In this document: positions 18,883-29,625 of the stretch, piece after piece
Layout of the letters: every line of letters starts with the position of its first letter
Numbering within the stretch: the first letter of the stretch is position 1
Assembly (NCBI GenBank): GCA_964627255.1
Contig: CAZVIN010000004.1
Coordinates: 504 to 64,503, forward strand
Direction: 5' to 3'
DNA length: 64,000 nucleotides
Source: an uncultured Eubacteriales bacterium
Lineage (GTDB): Bacteria > Acidobacteriota > Aminicenantia > Aminicenantales > CALLJL01
Program-made: the position numbers and the translations under genes
The notes under the pieces: generated by a model
The model's input: the letters and a program-made list of their open reading frames with translations, nothing else
Databases searched by the model: none
What the model was told of the DNA's origin: nothing

Positions 18883-21006
18883 CTATTTCTCAGAGGGAGC
18901 TATCTGCAATAAACAGGGAGAGACTGATTCAAGCTGAAGCCAGATAATAAGATCTGGTCCCTCAAGACGGTAATTATACCCATACCTGAATGTTTTTCCT
19001 GGGGTTATTAATTTCCCATTAACTCTTAATTCAGGTTTCTCCTCTCCCCAGTTCATTATAACCAGAGCTGGATTATAAAGCGGCGATTCCTGGCCAGCTT
19101 TAATCTTCATTTCCAAAGAAGACTCAACATTATCATTTGATTTCAAGATTTTAAAGGCTCGTTCACTTCGATCATAACCCAGAAAAGAAAATCCCTCTCC
19201 ACTAAGAGTGACCTGAGGAGCATTCAGCCAGCTTTTGGCGATATAAATTAATTGACTAAACGGTCTATCCGTCAAACCATAGAGCCCATTCCACCAGCAT
19301 CGGTCTTCACTTTCATGCACGGGTGGATCCGTGATAGGAAAGCCCAAGAAGGAAATCGGCCGGTCAAAAGCCTGGTTTGTTCGGCCATCACAACGCATCA
19401 GGCCAACTGGCCAGTGGTCGCAACCGGTTCCTTCTTCTAATTCTTTAATATTTCTGTCGAAAATATACATCTTTCCCCCTGGCTCAAAAATAATAAAGGG
19501 CTTGTACTTAGACTTAAAATTTATCAGTTGCATATTAAATTTTCTTGGTTCCCATTTATTTTTCACCTTAGGATTTTCAACATAGGAAAAAATCTTTGTC
19601 TCGCCCTTTAAATTACCAACGTAGGCAAAATCGACATTCAGTACATCTTTCTGCCGCTGCCCTGGTTGAAGCAGAGGAATTGTCTCTTGAAATTGGCGTG
19701 GCTCTCCCAAGCTACCTTTTTTCCAGCTGACCTTGCGGATACCCATCTGATCAGGATAAATAAAATAATATTCATCAACCCAGCAGGCCCAGCCCGTTTT
19801 TTCATCTTCTTTCCAGAGACTGTTATGCGAGCTGACAGGAGCATAACGCCAGTGAATCACCGCCCGGGCCTCATTGTTTTCAATTATTCTCACATGAGAA
19901 TAACGGCAATGACGATCCTGCATATGTTCAAAACATCCCTCCTTGTCCTCTGGACCCACTCCCCAGGCCTCAACACTTTGATCGGCCATCCACAATCCAT
20001 TCTCAGTCACCCAGACCGGTGAATATCTAGTGCCGCGCCAGAAAACAACGCGGGCAGCTGAATTGTCAAATCTCACAACCACGTCAGGATGCTCGTCTAC
20101 GGGCCAGAGAGCATCCCATTCATCATAATATTTCAATTGACAATAATACGCACCAAAACGGCCGGGACCAGCAGGACCTGAAGGCATGAGTCGAAGTGGC
20201 AGATCAGGATCAACCCCGGGCTTGTTTTTTGAATAGGAAGCTACAATTTGCTCAGGAGCTATAGCCTGATCATATATTTTTATTTCGTCAACAATTCCAT
20301 CAAGAGAAAACCAGTCTGGAAGTGTTCCGTGTTCACGATGAATATAAGCTGGCTTCATTTTTTCATGATTCATACCGATTCGCAAATCTACATCTGGAGC
20401 AAAGGTAGGTTTTCCCTTTACTTCTAACTTTCCAACCTCATTACCATCAAGATAGATGGTTATACCTTCAGCCGAATCATAAATCGCAACTACCTGGACC
20501 CATTTTCTGAGCGGTATGGCAAAATCGGGTAAGGTACACTCATGCCACTTCTCATTTAAGGCTATCTGGAAGCTCAATTGTCCCCGTGGGCCAACAGCCA
20601 AATAAAAACCGGCCTCCTTGCCCTTTTTCTGGCTAATTATTGGACACCAGTTCCAGGGATAGGTAGCCAGGGCCAACCAGCCTTCCAGTGTAAATCTATC
20701 TTCAAGCTGCGGTGAATTGCCAGCCAGGCGGATTACACAGGTAGTAAAACCATCTAATTTTAAAGCTGATCCGACAACTCCGGAGGTAGATTTAAAATTT
20801 CCTTCGATTGTGTCTTCAATTTGACTTACACTATCGGGAGTTTTGTTATTTTTCATTTGATCAAATTTCCACCACGCCACCAACCCTTTATCCCTGCCAA
20901 GAAGAGGCATATCCAAGCAGACCAGAAACAAAAGGACAAGGCGGGCGGAAAGAATCCACAATTTCTCCCTATTGGCCTTTTTCTTCCTCATACTGTACTC
21001 CTTCAT
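18883..21006 (-). CDS. Secreted LamG-domain protein with an uncharacterized C-terminal module. Paralog of 6625-8757.
   Basis: LamG-like DGFTTCVIRLAGNS...LEGWLALATYPWNWCPII. Shared C-terminal motifs HMQDRHCRYSHVRIIENNEARAVIHWRYAPVS and GTGCDHWPVGLMRCDGR. Roughly 55-60% identity to the paralog over the full length, by eye. Confidence 0.5.
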   Translation of the reverse strand: MKEYSMRKKKANREKLWILSARLVLLFLVCLDMPLLGRDKGLVAWWKFDQMKNNKTPDSVSQIEDTIEGNFKSTSGVVGSALKLDGFTTCVIRLAGNSPQLEDRFTLEGWLALATYPWNWCPIISQKKGKEAGFYLAVGPRGQLSFQIALNEKWHECTLPDFAIPLRKWVQVVAIYDSAEGITIYLDGNEVGKLEVKGKPTFAPDVDLRIGMNHEKMKPAYIHREHGTLPDWFSLDGIVDEIKIYDQAIAPEQIVASYSKNKPGVDPDLPLRLMPSGPAGPGRFGAYYCQLKYYDEWDALWPVDEHPDVVVRFDNSAARVVFWRGTRYSPVWVTENGLWMADQSVEAWGVGPEDKEGCFEHMQDRHCRYSHVRIIENNEARAVIHWRYAPVSSHNSLWKEDEKTGWACWVDEYYFIYPDQMGIRKVSWKKGSLGEPRQFQETIPLLQPGQRQKDVLNVDFAYVGNLKGETKIFSYVENPKVKNKWEPRKFNMQLINFKSKYKPFIIFEPGGKMYIFDRNIKELEEGTGCDHWPVGLMRCDGRTNQAFDRPISFLGFPITDPPVHESEDRCWWNGLYGLTDRPFSQLIYIAKSWLNAPQVTLSGEGFSFLGYDRSERAFKILKSNDNVESSLEMKIKAGQESPLYNPALVIMNWGEEKPELRVNGKLITPGKTFRYGYNYRLEGPDLIIWLQLESVSPCLLQIAPSEK

Positions 21007-21207
21007 TTATTAATTAATCACGATAATGTTCTAGGCCAATTTTTTATGTCAGCTAAAGGACTCGCTATCACGGATTTTCCGAAAGATGATTCCAGGTTTT
21101 CCACCCCAATATTTATTTTGTTCTATGCTTACCTTTTATCGATAAATACGAATCCATACTGATTTCTCTGACATTCTTTGTAAGGCACAAACATCGGCAT
21201 TTCTAAT

Positions 21208-24039
21208 CTAATCTCTTTTAACCTGGACAGCTTTTCCTCCATAAAGAACTATCTTATCCGGGTCTCTTTCCGGTTCAACTCCCGCTCCATGATTCTTTCC
21301 GACCCAAACTATATGAAAAGTTCTCCTCTTAAGCTTTCCTGGAAAATCTCCCTTTTCCTCTCCAATTGTCAAAGTTTGACTCTTTTCATCCCACCTGATG
21401 GGAATAAGAGTGTAGAATCCTTTTTCATAGTTATAATTGTCGTTTTCATCCTCATAAAGGACAAATTCTGCATCTTCCCCGGGGTAGATTCTAAGTTCAA
21501 TGGGATCAGCCGGTTTCTCGGTCGAATACTGAATTTCAGGTCCCATAGGAACAATTGACCCGGCTTTAACATAGATGGGCATAATGTCAATAGGAACTTC
21601 TCTTTCTATCCATTTTCCTCCTTCCCTTCTTTCGCCGTTCCAGAAATCATACCATCCTCTGGCTTCGGGAAGATAAAGACGCCAGGATTTTATTTCATCA
21701 GGATTATAGATTTCTCTGGGCATATCTGGAGTTCTCCAGGCTAACCTCATCTGCGTCCCGCCTTGACTATTAAAATAATCAATTCTTAGCCTGTATTTTT
21801 TACCAGCTTCTAAATTAACTTTGGCCCGGTGATTTCTCGCTCTCTGAGCCTGCCATGAATCTATAACTAATTTATCGTCCAGCCAGACGCGTACCCCATC
21901 ATCGCAGGTTAGCCAAAACTCATATTCTCCTGCCCCTTTAGTCAGGATTTCACCAGTCCAGCGAAGAGAATAATTGACCCGGTCAACACCTTCAGGCAGC
22001 TCGTCGATCCAGGTATTGTAGATAGCCTTTTTCTGAACGCGGGTAGTTACCAGTTTTTCAAAATTCTGGCCATTATAAAATTCAACCCGCAGCCCGCCTT
22101 TTTTGCTATCAGGTGTAAACAGATAATCTGAAGGAATAACTTCATTAATGTAATCTTCACCATAATACATCTGTTTGGTAACAGGGCAAATTAATAAGGC
22201 CGGACCAAACATAAACTGGTTGTCAATATCCAGCACGGTTTTATCTTCACTAAAATCCATGGGCAATCCCCGCATGATGGTGTAGCCGTCACTCGTAACC
22301 TTCCAGGCCAGTGAGTAAATATATGGCAGAAGACGATATCTCAAAATGTCATATTTGACGAGAGTATCGTAAGCCCAGGTACCCGGTTCACCGAATCTCC
22401 AGATTTCCCGTGGTGTATCTGTTCCATGGGACCGGAAAATAGGACAGAAAGCGCCGTACTGGAACCACCTAACGTACATTTCACGATAACCGGGATCATT
22501 ACATCCTTCGTCAAAAAAAGCCCCATACTGGCGAACATAAAAAGCACCGATATCTGTAGTCCAGTAAGGGATTCCGGACATACAGAAGTTTAATCCGGCT
22601 GAAACCTGATTCCTAAAAACATCCCAACGCGCAACTATATCACCCGACCAGGTGGCAGCTGCGTATTTCTGCTGGCCAGCAAAAGCTGACCGAGTTAAAA
22701 TCACGACTCGCTTATCCGAACTAACTGATCTCTGCCCTTCGTATACTCCTTTAGTTGTCATCAGAGAATAAGTATTAAGATAACGAGCTATACTTCCTAA
22801 AGCGGTCTCACCAATTTGTTTAATGTGTTTCTCGTCAGCTTCATCCACTTCTGGCTCGGTAGAATCCATCCAAAAAGCATCTACTCCCCTGGAGAAAAGA
22901 CCTTCATTGATATACTTCCAGTAAATCTTTCTGGCTTCTTCGTTGTAGGCATCATAAACTTTCCCTTCAGCTCTAACCACTGGACTATAGAGCAAACCCT
23001 TTTTTCCCATCTCTTTATATATCTCAGTTTTGGGGCCTAAAACCGGCCAGATAGACACCATGAAGTGAACGTGATGTTTATCATGAAGGGTCTTTATCAT
23101 TTCTTCCGCTCGGGGATATCTCTCCTCATCAAATTTCATGGCGCTCCATTCAGAAGCATCGCCCCAATACAGCCAATCCTGGATTATAAGGTCGATCGGA
23201 ATTTTTCTCTGGCGATATTCATTAACAACTTCCATTAACTCTTGCCCTGTTCGATATCTTTCTTTTGATTGCCAGAACCCGAAAGCCCAGCGGGGAAACA
23301 TAGGTGCCTGCCCAGTAATTTCCCGGTATCCCCTGATTACATCATCTAAATCTTTTCCACTTATAAAATAATAATCAATAGCGTCTCCTACTTCAGACCA
23401 AAAATAAGTACCATCTCGGCCGTCATGAAACTTGGTTTTAGAATAATTGTCCCATAAAATTCCATAATTATTGGTTGAAACTAAAAAGGGAACAGACACT
23501 TTTTCATTTTCTTGAACGAGTAAAACATCGTGCCCTCGATAGTTCATAACTCCTTCCTGGTGCTGTCCCAAACCATAAACACCCTCTTCTGGCAACAATT
23601 TAAAATTCTGCTGGACATGATAAGTTTTCTCACCCATCACCGAGGCCCTGGTCAGCCGCCGGGGATTTTCTTGATCTTCCTGCAAAAATAGCTTGCCACC
23701 TTCATCACAAAAACTTACAGCCCCGCTGTTTTTATTGATTAAAATAATTAAGTTTTTGGTGGAAACCTTGACCTCTCTATCTTCTGACTCTACTTCAAAA
23801 GAAACCGGTGCCCATGTTCTTTCAACCACCAGACTTTCTCTCAGTCGGAAGTTGCGGTCGGGGTCAAAAACAATTTTTGCCACCTGATCAGTGCATAATT
23901 GAACCTTTAGAGCCCCACTCTTTAGGTTTAAGATAATTCCGTCATCTATTCTTTCTAACCTGGTCGGCGAATGATTACAGGAAAAGGCTAAAATGATTAG
24001 CCCGGCAATATTTAATAGAACTAAAATATTCTTTTTCAT
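21208..24039 (-). CDS. GH31 alpha-glucosidase/alpha-xylosidase with a C-terminal PA14 domain.
   Basis: GH31 signatures FWMDSTEPE (WxDxxEP nucleophile region) and GIPYWTTDIGAF. The C-terminal ...EYEFWLTCDDGVRVWLDDKLVIDSW... is a PA14 fold. Lipoprotein signal (..LAFSC). Confidence 0.8.
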   Translation of the reverse strand: MKKNILVLLNIAGLIILAFSCNHSPTRLERIDDGIILNLKSGALKVQLCTDQVAKIVFDPDRNFRLRESLVVERTWAPVSFEVESEDREVKVSTKNLIILINKNSGAVSFCDEGGKLFLQEDQENPRRLTRASVMGEKTYHVQQNFKLLPEEGVYGLGQHQEGVMNYRGHDVLLVQENEKVSVPFLVSTNNYGILWDNYSKTKFHDGRDGTYFWSEVGDAIDYYFISGKDLDDVIRGYREITGQAPMFPRWAFGFWQSKERYRTGQELMEVVNEYRQRKIPIDLIIQDWLYWGDASEWSAMKFDEERYPRAEEMIKTLHDKHHVHFMVSIWPVLGPKTEIYKEMGKKGLLYSPVVRAEGKVYDAYNEEARKIYWKYINEGLFSRGVDAFWMDSTEPEVDEADEKHIKQIGETALGSIARYLNTYSLMTTKGVYEGQRSVSSDKRVVILTRSAFAGQQKYAAATWSGDIVARWDVFRNQVSAGLNFCMSGIPYWTTDIGAFYVRQYGAFFDEGCNDPGYREMYVRWFQYGAFCPIFRSHGTDTPREIWRFGEPGTWAYDTLVKYDILRYRLLPYIYSLAWKVTSDGYTIMRGLPMDFSEDKTVLDIDNQFMFGPALLICPVTKQMYYGEDYINEVIPSDYLFTPDSKKGGLRVEFYNGQNFEKLVTTRVQKKAIYNTWIDELPEGVDRVNYSLRWTGEILTKGAGEYEFWLTCDDGVRVWLDDKLVIDSWQAQRARNHRAKVNLEAGKKYRLRIDYFNSQGGTQMRLAWRTPDMPREIYNPDEIKSWRLYLPEARGWYDFWNGERREGGKWIEREVPIDIMPIYVKAGSIVPMGPEIQYSTEKPADPIELRIYPGEDAEFVLYEDENDNYNYEKGFYTLIPIRWDEKSQTLTIGEEKGDFPGKLKRRTFHIVWVGKNHGAGVEPERDPDKIVLYGGKAVQVKRD

Positions 24040-24627
24040 TTTTTAACTCCCTGAGAATAAAATGAAAGAATCAAAAAAAACATAAGAATCTTCACCCCAA
24101 CCCCATGGCAGTAAATTTTTTTATTCCCCGCACGCAATTTTCCAAAAAATATAAAATTGATTTAATTGCTTTCTTAGCTTTATTAAGTACTAAAATAAAA
24201 ATTTTAGAAAATCAAGTTTTTTTCCTTAGTGAAATCAGCTCTGATAATTGTATGCCTCGACCAAAACCAACCCACCGCCCTGAGAAAAAATTCTCAAACT
24301 GCTAAATTTTAATAGGAGCTGGTCAAGTCTCGATTAGGAAGACTGGCAAAAATCAATAGTTTGGCGTCATTTCTGGCCCAAAAGAAATTTCCATTAAAAT
24401 ATATTCAACTTGAATTAATAAAATAATCGGGACGAAGAAAACAGAAAGAAGACAAAAGAGCCGCAGAATTCAAAAGAAAAGATATTTTAAATCTGCATTA
24501 CCCAACCTGGATGAAAATTAGAGCCTTTTCTTTTTATCAAAGGTGGATGGCAATTTGGGTTTAGTCTATTCCCTCATATATTCTGATATATTTATTCAGT
24601 ATATTTATCGTGCAGATGATTCCGAGC

Positions 24628-26934
24628 TCAGCGTGGACCAGGCGGAAGATGGGTAATAAGATACCGCGCAATTAGCATATAAAGGTGCAGTGTGGTGCCT
24701 TCGCCTTCTCTAAGGCCATGATCTCGATTAGGATAAACCATATAATCAAACTGTTTTCCCAGGGCTATCAGGCGATCCACCAGTCCTTCAGTTATTTGAA
24801 TGTGGGTGTTGGTTTCCCCTGAACCGTGCACGATCAATAGGTGTCCTTTCAATCCCTCCGCAAAATTGATGGGAGCAGATTGCTTGTATCCTTCTGGATT
24901 TTCTTCAGGGGTGCGCATGTAGATTTCCTGAAACCAAGCATTGTAAAGATGGGGCTGTGGTTTGGGAGCAACGGCAATGCCAACCTTATAAAGGTCAGGT
25001 TCCCGGAACATCGCATTTAAAGTGTTTGAGCCTCCGCCGCTCCATCCCCAGATACCAACTCTTGATAAATCAACATAACTTAGTTTTCGGCCAAGTTCTC
25101 TCAACGCGGCCGCCTGTTCTTTCGTCGACAAAGGCCCAAGGCTGCCAAATATGGCCCGTCGCCAAGCTGCCCCCTTAGGAGCCGGCGTTCCGCGATTGTC
25201 TATGGAAACAACCAGATAACCAATATCAGCAATAACCCGGTGAAACATGCCTCGCGCCCCCTGCCACTGATCCAGAACCGTCTGGGAATGGGGTTCTCCA
25301 TAAACCCAGACAAAAACCGGATACTTCTTTTCCGGGTTAAAATCACTGGGCTTTATCATCCAGGCATCCATGACCACGCCATCGCCAATAGCAATCGGTA
25401 AAAATTCTACCGGTTTAAGCTTCATCGCCTCGAGTCTGGCTCTCAGCTGGCCATTATCCTCAAGGACCCGGGTTGTTTTATGCTCGGGTAACTGGATTAA
25501 TTCGGTAACTGGCGGCGTATCAAAGGTGGAGCTGGAATGAAAGGCATATCGGCCATCAGGAGATAAAATATAACTGTGTACGCCTCCTTGAACCGCCGGG
25601 GTTACTCTTTGGGGCTTTGCTTTTCCATCAAGGCTAACACGATAAAGATAACTCTGGGTGGCATTGTCAGGAGAAGCAAGATAATAGAACCAGCCTCTTT
25701 TTTCATCCAACCCCACGCGGGAAATGATATCCACGCCGGAGGGGGTTAATGGTATCTCTTTTGAATTTTTATTTCGCGATAATTTGTAGGCACGGCGCCA
25801 GCCTTCCTTTTCCGAAATCACTATGAATGACCTATCATTGTCTATCCAGCTCAATCCGGCATTTGTCCCATAACTGGCGTCAACCCAGGCTGGGTCACTT
25901 TCACCATAAACTCTTTCTACCTTTCCACCTGTCACCTCTGCCACCAGAAACTCTCTGTAGTCCCTTGACCGGCTCAATTTTTCCACGCATAGCTCTCTCG
26001 AATTTTTAAGCCACTTTAATTCTCTCAAATAGAATTCTTCATTCTCTTCACCTATTTTTAACCACAACGTTTCGCCTCCTTCCGCCTTCACCACGCCCAG
26101 GCGAAGACGGGGAATGGGGGTTCCCACCCGAGCAAAGCGCACATATCTCACTTTTGGGTAGGTAGGGTCTACAGGTAAAAGAACCGGCCGAAGTAATACC
26201 TTGGAAGAGTCGGATTGAATGTAGGCAATATAATTTCCATCCGGGCTCCACACAGCATTTCCATTAGAAATCTTGCTCGCGACACCATCGCTGGTAAGAG
26301 AAATCCGGCGGCCGCTATCTATATCATAAACATAAAGGTTCTCTTTCATCCGAAAAAAGATTTTTCGGCTGTCCGGGGAGAAGCACTGCTTTACATCTAT
26401 GAGATCCGCGCCAGAAGCAATTTCCAGGAGCTGGCCGTCCTTTGGCTTTAGGAGCCAGTAGTCAACAAGCCTCGCTCCTTCTTCATCGGAACGAGAATTC
26501 GTCTGAATTAAGATAGAACCGCCGTCAGGTGGTACGGCATAATTTTCAATTACCAAAGGTTTCTGCTGTTCAGAGGGAATCAATTGAGACAAGCCAGCCA
26601 GAATAGTCCGTTTGCCTGTGACAATTTCATACTTTACCAGTTCGACCCCATTTCCTTTTGGATTCCTTTCCAGGACGGTGTAAGCAGAACCATCCGGGTA
26701 CCACTCGCCCCTAAAAATGCGGGCGTTAAACTCCTCATCTTCAAATATCGCCCGCAGCTTAGATTCAATCACAGGCGATAAGTTCGCCCAGGAAGCCATC
26801 TCCTGGGCATTATCATCTCCAGTCAATTTTACGTTACCGAGTAAAGCCAAATGGACAATAAAAATAATCAACAAAAGACAAAGCAATTTTCTTCTTTTCA
26901 TAAATCCTCCTTTCTTAAAAAGATTGTATTTCAA
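24628..26934 (-). CDS. S9 family serine peptidase, dipeptidyl-peptidase IV-like (beta-propeller plus alpha/beta hydrolase).
   Basis: Signal peptide. DPP-IV-like N-terminal propeller (WSPDG.., SPDGRY..). Catalytic GWSGGG (GxSxGG) plus C-terminal Asp/His region (VHGSGETNTHIQ...PNRDHG). Confidence 0.8.
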   Translation of the reverse strand: MKYNLFKKGGFMKRRKLLCLLLIIFIVHLALLGNVKLTGDDNAQEMASWANLSPVIESKLRAIFEDEEFNARIFRGEWYPDGSAYTVLERNPKGNGVELVKYEIVTGKRTILAGLSQLIPSEQQKPLVIENYAVPPDGGSILIQTNSRSDEEGARLVDYWLLKPKDGQLLEIASGADLIDVKQCFSPDSRKIFFRMKENLYVYDIDSGRRISLTSDGVASKISNGNAVWSPDGNYIAYIQSDSSKVLLRPVLLPVDPTYPKVRYVRFARVGTPIPRLRLGVVKAEGGETLWLKIGEENEEFYLRELKWLKNSRELCVEKLSRSRDYREFLVAEVTGGKVERVYGESDPAWVDASYGTNAGLSWIDNDRSFIVISEKEGWRRAYKLSRNKNSKEIPLTPSGVDIISRVGLDEKRGWFYYLASPDNATQSYLYRVSLDGKAKPQRVTPAVQGGVHSYILSPDGRYAFHSSSTFDTPPVTELIQLPEHKTTRVLEDNGQLRARLEAMKLKPVEFLPIAIGDGVVMDAWMIKPSDFNPEKKYPVFVWVYGEPHSQTVLDQWQGARGMFHRVIADIGYLVVSIDNRGTPAPKGAAWRRAIFGSLGPLSTKEQAAALRELGRKLSYVDLSRVGIWGWSGGGSNTLNAMFREPDLYKVGIAVAPKPQPHLYNAWFQEIYMRTPEENPEGYKQSAPINFAEGLKGHLLIVHGSGETNTHIQITEGLVDRLIALGKQFDYMVYPNRDHGLREGEGTTLHLYMLIARYLITHLPPGPR

Positions 26935-27059
26935 TAAAACTTAATTTTCAGCCTCCACTTGCCATGCTCATCTCAAGGAACTTAAAATAACCCGAGGAAT
27001 CTTCTTATATTCATTCTGGAGGCAGATTTCATGGTCAGATATTGGCCAGCAGCTTGACC

Positions 27060-29279
27060 TCATTGCTCTACGCCCAGTTGCTTGAGTGCCTCGAGGGCCG
27101 CATTTCTAATAATATTCTGGTGAGAAGGAAGGGTAGCTGCCTTTTTGAGAAAATCAACTTGCTTTTTATCGCCGGTTTTTCCTAAGGCCCGCAGGGCTTC
27201 CGCCTGAGCTATATAACTATCATCGCTGTTGAAACATTCTTTGAAAAACTCCGCCAGGCCTGCCTGGCCAAACTCTCCCAGCACTTTCAGGGCCGCCGCT
27301 CTTACCTGGGAATGCTTCTCTTTACATTTTTCCTTTAAAAAAGGAATAAACTTTGGGTTCTTCCAGCTTCCAATGGTTTCCACCGCTGCTTTCCTTACCG
27401 CCCAGAAATCATCACCCCGGGCAATAATCTGGATTGCTTTCCCTACTTCTGGTTTATCCCCGAATTTTTTCAGCTCTTGAACAGCCCACATTCGGCCGAT
27501 AACGTCGTCATGCTGTGCCTGGTAGAGCAATTCTTCAACACTTTTGGGAAATGTCCATTCCTTGAGGAGGTAGTTTCCGCGGTCGAAGCGAACCAGAAGA
27601 GGTTTTTGAGTTAAGTGGAATTCATAATAATTTTCTTTCTCGGTTATCCAGATTTTGTAAGTGATTTCATCATCCTTATCTCCTTTAATGGCATCTTCAT
27701 CAAGATTCTTGCTTCCCCTTATCCCGATCAATACCGGAGTCTTATATATGGGGATGCCGCGGGAGGTATCCTGAACCTGCTTAATCCACAGGCCAAGCGT
27801 TTTTTCCCCTTCATCCCACCTTGAGGCAACCTCAAAAACTGGGTGTCCGGGATGGAAAAGCCATCGCTCAAAAAACCAATCCAGGTTCTCACCGGTAACT
27901 TCCTTGACCGTTTTCATAAAATCATGGGTATCAACCGGTTGAAATGAATATTTATGGAGAAATTCTTTTAGCACCTGAAAGAAGAGCTGGTCACCAAGAA
28001 TAAATCTAAGCATATGAAGCACGCAGGCCCCTTTCTGATAGGAATGGGCATCGAACAAATCCTGCGGAGCATCATAATGATTGGTAACAATTGGTCGAAT
28101 GTACCTTGTTCTGGCTTCCCTCAAATAAGCATTTTTTTTATTCAGCAAATTTATGGCCCCTTCTTCGAGTCCGCGGTCATATTCGTAATAAAGATAATCA
28201 GAGTAAGTGCCAAAACTTTCGTTCAGCCAGGCGTGCTCCCAGCTCCGTAATGTAATCAGGTCTCCCCACCACTGATGAGCCAGCTCATGCGAGACAATCC
28301 CAATGCTGGAAAAATCTTTCTCGGCTTTTTCGTCATGAATAATCTTATAGGTCATGGCCGTGGCTGAGGTGCTCTCGGCACCTCCCCCCATGGGTACTGA
28401 TATCTGGTCATATTTGTCCCAGGGATAAGGAGTGCCAAAAGTTTTGATGAAAAATTCCATCATCTTCGGCGTCTTTTCATAAGAACGAAGGGCGTCTTTG
28501 ACGTGCTGGGGGAAAACCCAGTAGTTGATGGGAATATTCTCGTAACGGTCGCGGATAATTTCATAGGGGCCAGCAGCCAGGAAAATTAAATAAGTAGAAT
28601 GAGGTTTATCCTGAACCCAGTGATAAGTCACTGTTCTTTCCCGCTCATTCTTTACCACACTCACCAACCGCCCGTTGGCCGCAACTTTATTAGGCTCTTC
28701 CGCCGTGGCGATGATTTCATTGGTGACTTTATCATTGGGAAAATCATAGCAGGGGAACCAGTGATGAACTCCATCGGGCCAGGAATCCGAAGCGACCAGG
28801 GCCGGATGTTCAGCCGAAGCCTCGTAGAACCGAAGCCCTTTCTTATTGGTAGTTTTATGGGCCTGGTCATCACTGCGATAAAAGATGGTGATGGAAAATA
28901 TTTCGCCGATATTATAAGGTCGCTCAAGCTCAACAAAAAGCTTTTTATCGGTTTGCTTGAAAGAAAGGGAATGCCCCATTTCATCGTTTACCTGCTCGAC
29001 CTTGTAATCCTCAGCATCGAGCTCAATATTTTTTAAATCAGGGCGGAGTGAACTCAGCGTCAGAACCGCTTCCCCCTGGAAAGCCTTGCCTTCAACGTCC
29101 AGATTAATTTTAATCAAATAATGACGAGCATCGTATGTTCGGCTTCTTTCCCACCGCCGCGGTTTCTGGCTGAAATCAATTCCCTGAGCATAAGCTCCGC
29201 CGATTTCAGGCAAAAGAAAGAATGCGCCCAGGAACAAAATAGAAATGATTACTTTAAGGAAGACTCCGTATTTCTTCAT
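27060..29279 (-). CDS. M1 family zinc aminopeptidase (aminopeptidase N-like) with C-terminal HEAT/PBS-lyase-like repeats.
   Basis: HELAHQWWGDLIT...WLNESFGTY is the HEXXH-(18)-E zincin motif of M1. C-terminal repeats ...VRAAALKVLGEFG..., ...IIRNAALEALKQLG. Signal peptide. Confidence 0.8.
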   Translation of the reverse strand: MKKYGVFLKVIISILFLGAFFLLPEIGGAYAQGIDFSQKPRRWERSRTYDARHYLIKINLDVEGKAFQGEAVLTLSSLRPDLKNIELDAEDYKVEQVNDEMGHSLSFKQTDKKLFVELERPYNIGEIFSITIFYRSDDQAHKTTNKKGLRFYEASAEHPALVASDSWPDGVHHWFPCYDFPNDKVTNEIIATAEEPNKVAANGRLVSVVKNERERTVTYHWVQDKPHSTYLIFLAAGPYEIIRDRYENIPINYWVFPQHVKDALRSYEKTPKMMEFFIKTFGTPYPWDKYDQISVPMGGGAESTSATAMTYKIIHDEKAEKDFSSIGIVSHELAHQWWGDLITLRSWEHAWLNESFGTYSDYLYYEYDRGLEEGAINLLNKKNAYLREARTRYIRPIVTNHYDAPQDLFDAHSYQKGACVLHMLRFILGDQLFFQVLKEFLHKYSFQPVDTHDFMKTVKEVTGENLDWFFERWLFHPGHPVFEVASRWDEGEKTLGLWIKQVQDTSRGIPIYKTPVLIGIRGSKNLDEDAIKGDKDDEITYKIWITEKENYYEFHLTQKPLLVRFDRGNYLLKEWTFPKSVEELLYQAQHDDVIGRMWAVQELKKFGDKPEVGKAIQIIARGDDFWAVRKAAVETIGSWKNPKFIPFLKEKCKEKHSQVRAAALKVLGEFGQAGLAEFFKECFNSDDSYIAQAEALRALGKTGDKKQVDFLKKAATLPSHQNIIRNAALEALKQLGVEQ

Positions 29280-29379
29280 GGCTATTCTCCATATGTATAT
29301 ATTCGCCTCATCTATAATTTTCCTACAAGGGCTCTATCTCAATAAACCCTGTTCTTTTTAAGCACCTATATAATTCCGT

Positions 29380-29625
29380 CTTTTTTCATCAGCTCTTCTA
29401 TTTCTTCGATGGCTCGCGGAAGGCCTTCGGCTTCTCTTTCATTTATAGACTTTCTTTTTTCTGCCCATCAATGGCCAGGATGGCATTGGGAATTTCGACT
29501 CCGCAAAAATAAATCAAATCATTGTTTTGATAAAATTGGTAATCGCCAGAGGGAGTCTTGGCTCCAAGAAAGATAGCCACACTATCACCAAGATGGTCCA
29601 TTAGCTGGGCCCGCCGCCAGGCATA
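29380..29625 (-). pseudogene. 5' fragment of an Xaa-Pro aminopeptidase (M24B, PepP-like N-terminal domain), truncated and frameshifted.
   Basis: ..EYAWRRAQLMDHLGDSVAIFLGAKTPSGDYQFYQNNDLIYFCGVEIPNAILAIDGQ matches the AMP_N domain pattern (EFQRRRQALL..SAALIFAA...RSADSEYPYRQNSDFWYFTGFNEPEAVLVL). The ORF stops after ~60 aa with no catalytic pita-bread domain. Confidence 0.5.

Noticed and set aside
24105-24305. 66-aa ORF in the 590-bp AT-rich gap between the GH31 and S9 genes; likewise 12911-13126, 40231-40416, 48367-48567, 56245-56460, 56466-56663 and 57065-57265.
   Set aside because: They are short, lie in AT-rich intergenic DNA, and have no RBS or motif support. 57065-57265 is kept only as a low-probability leader peptide mentioned under the promoter feature.
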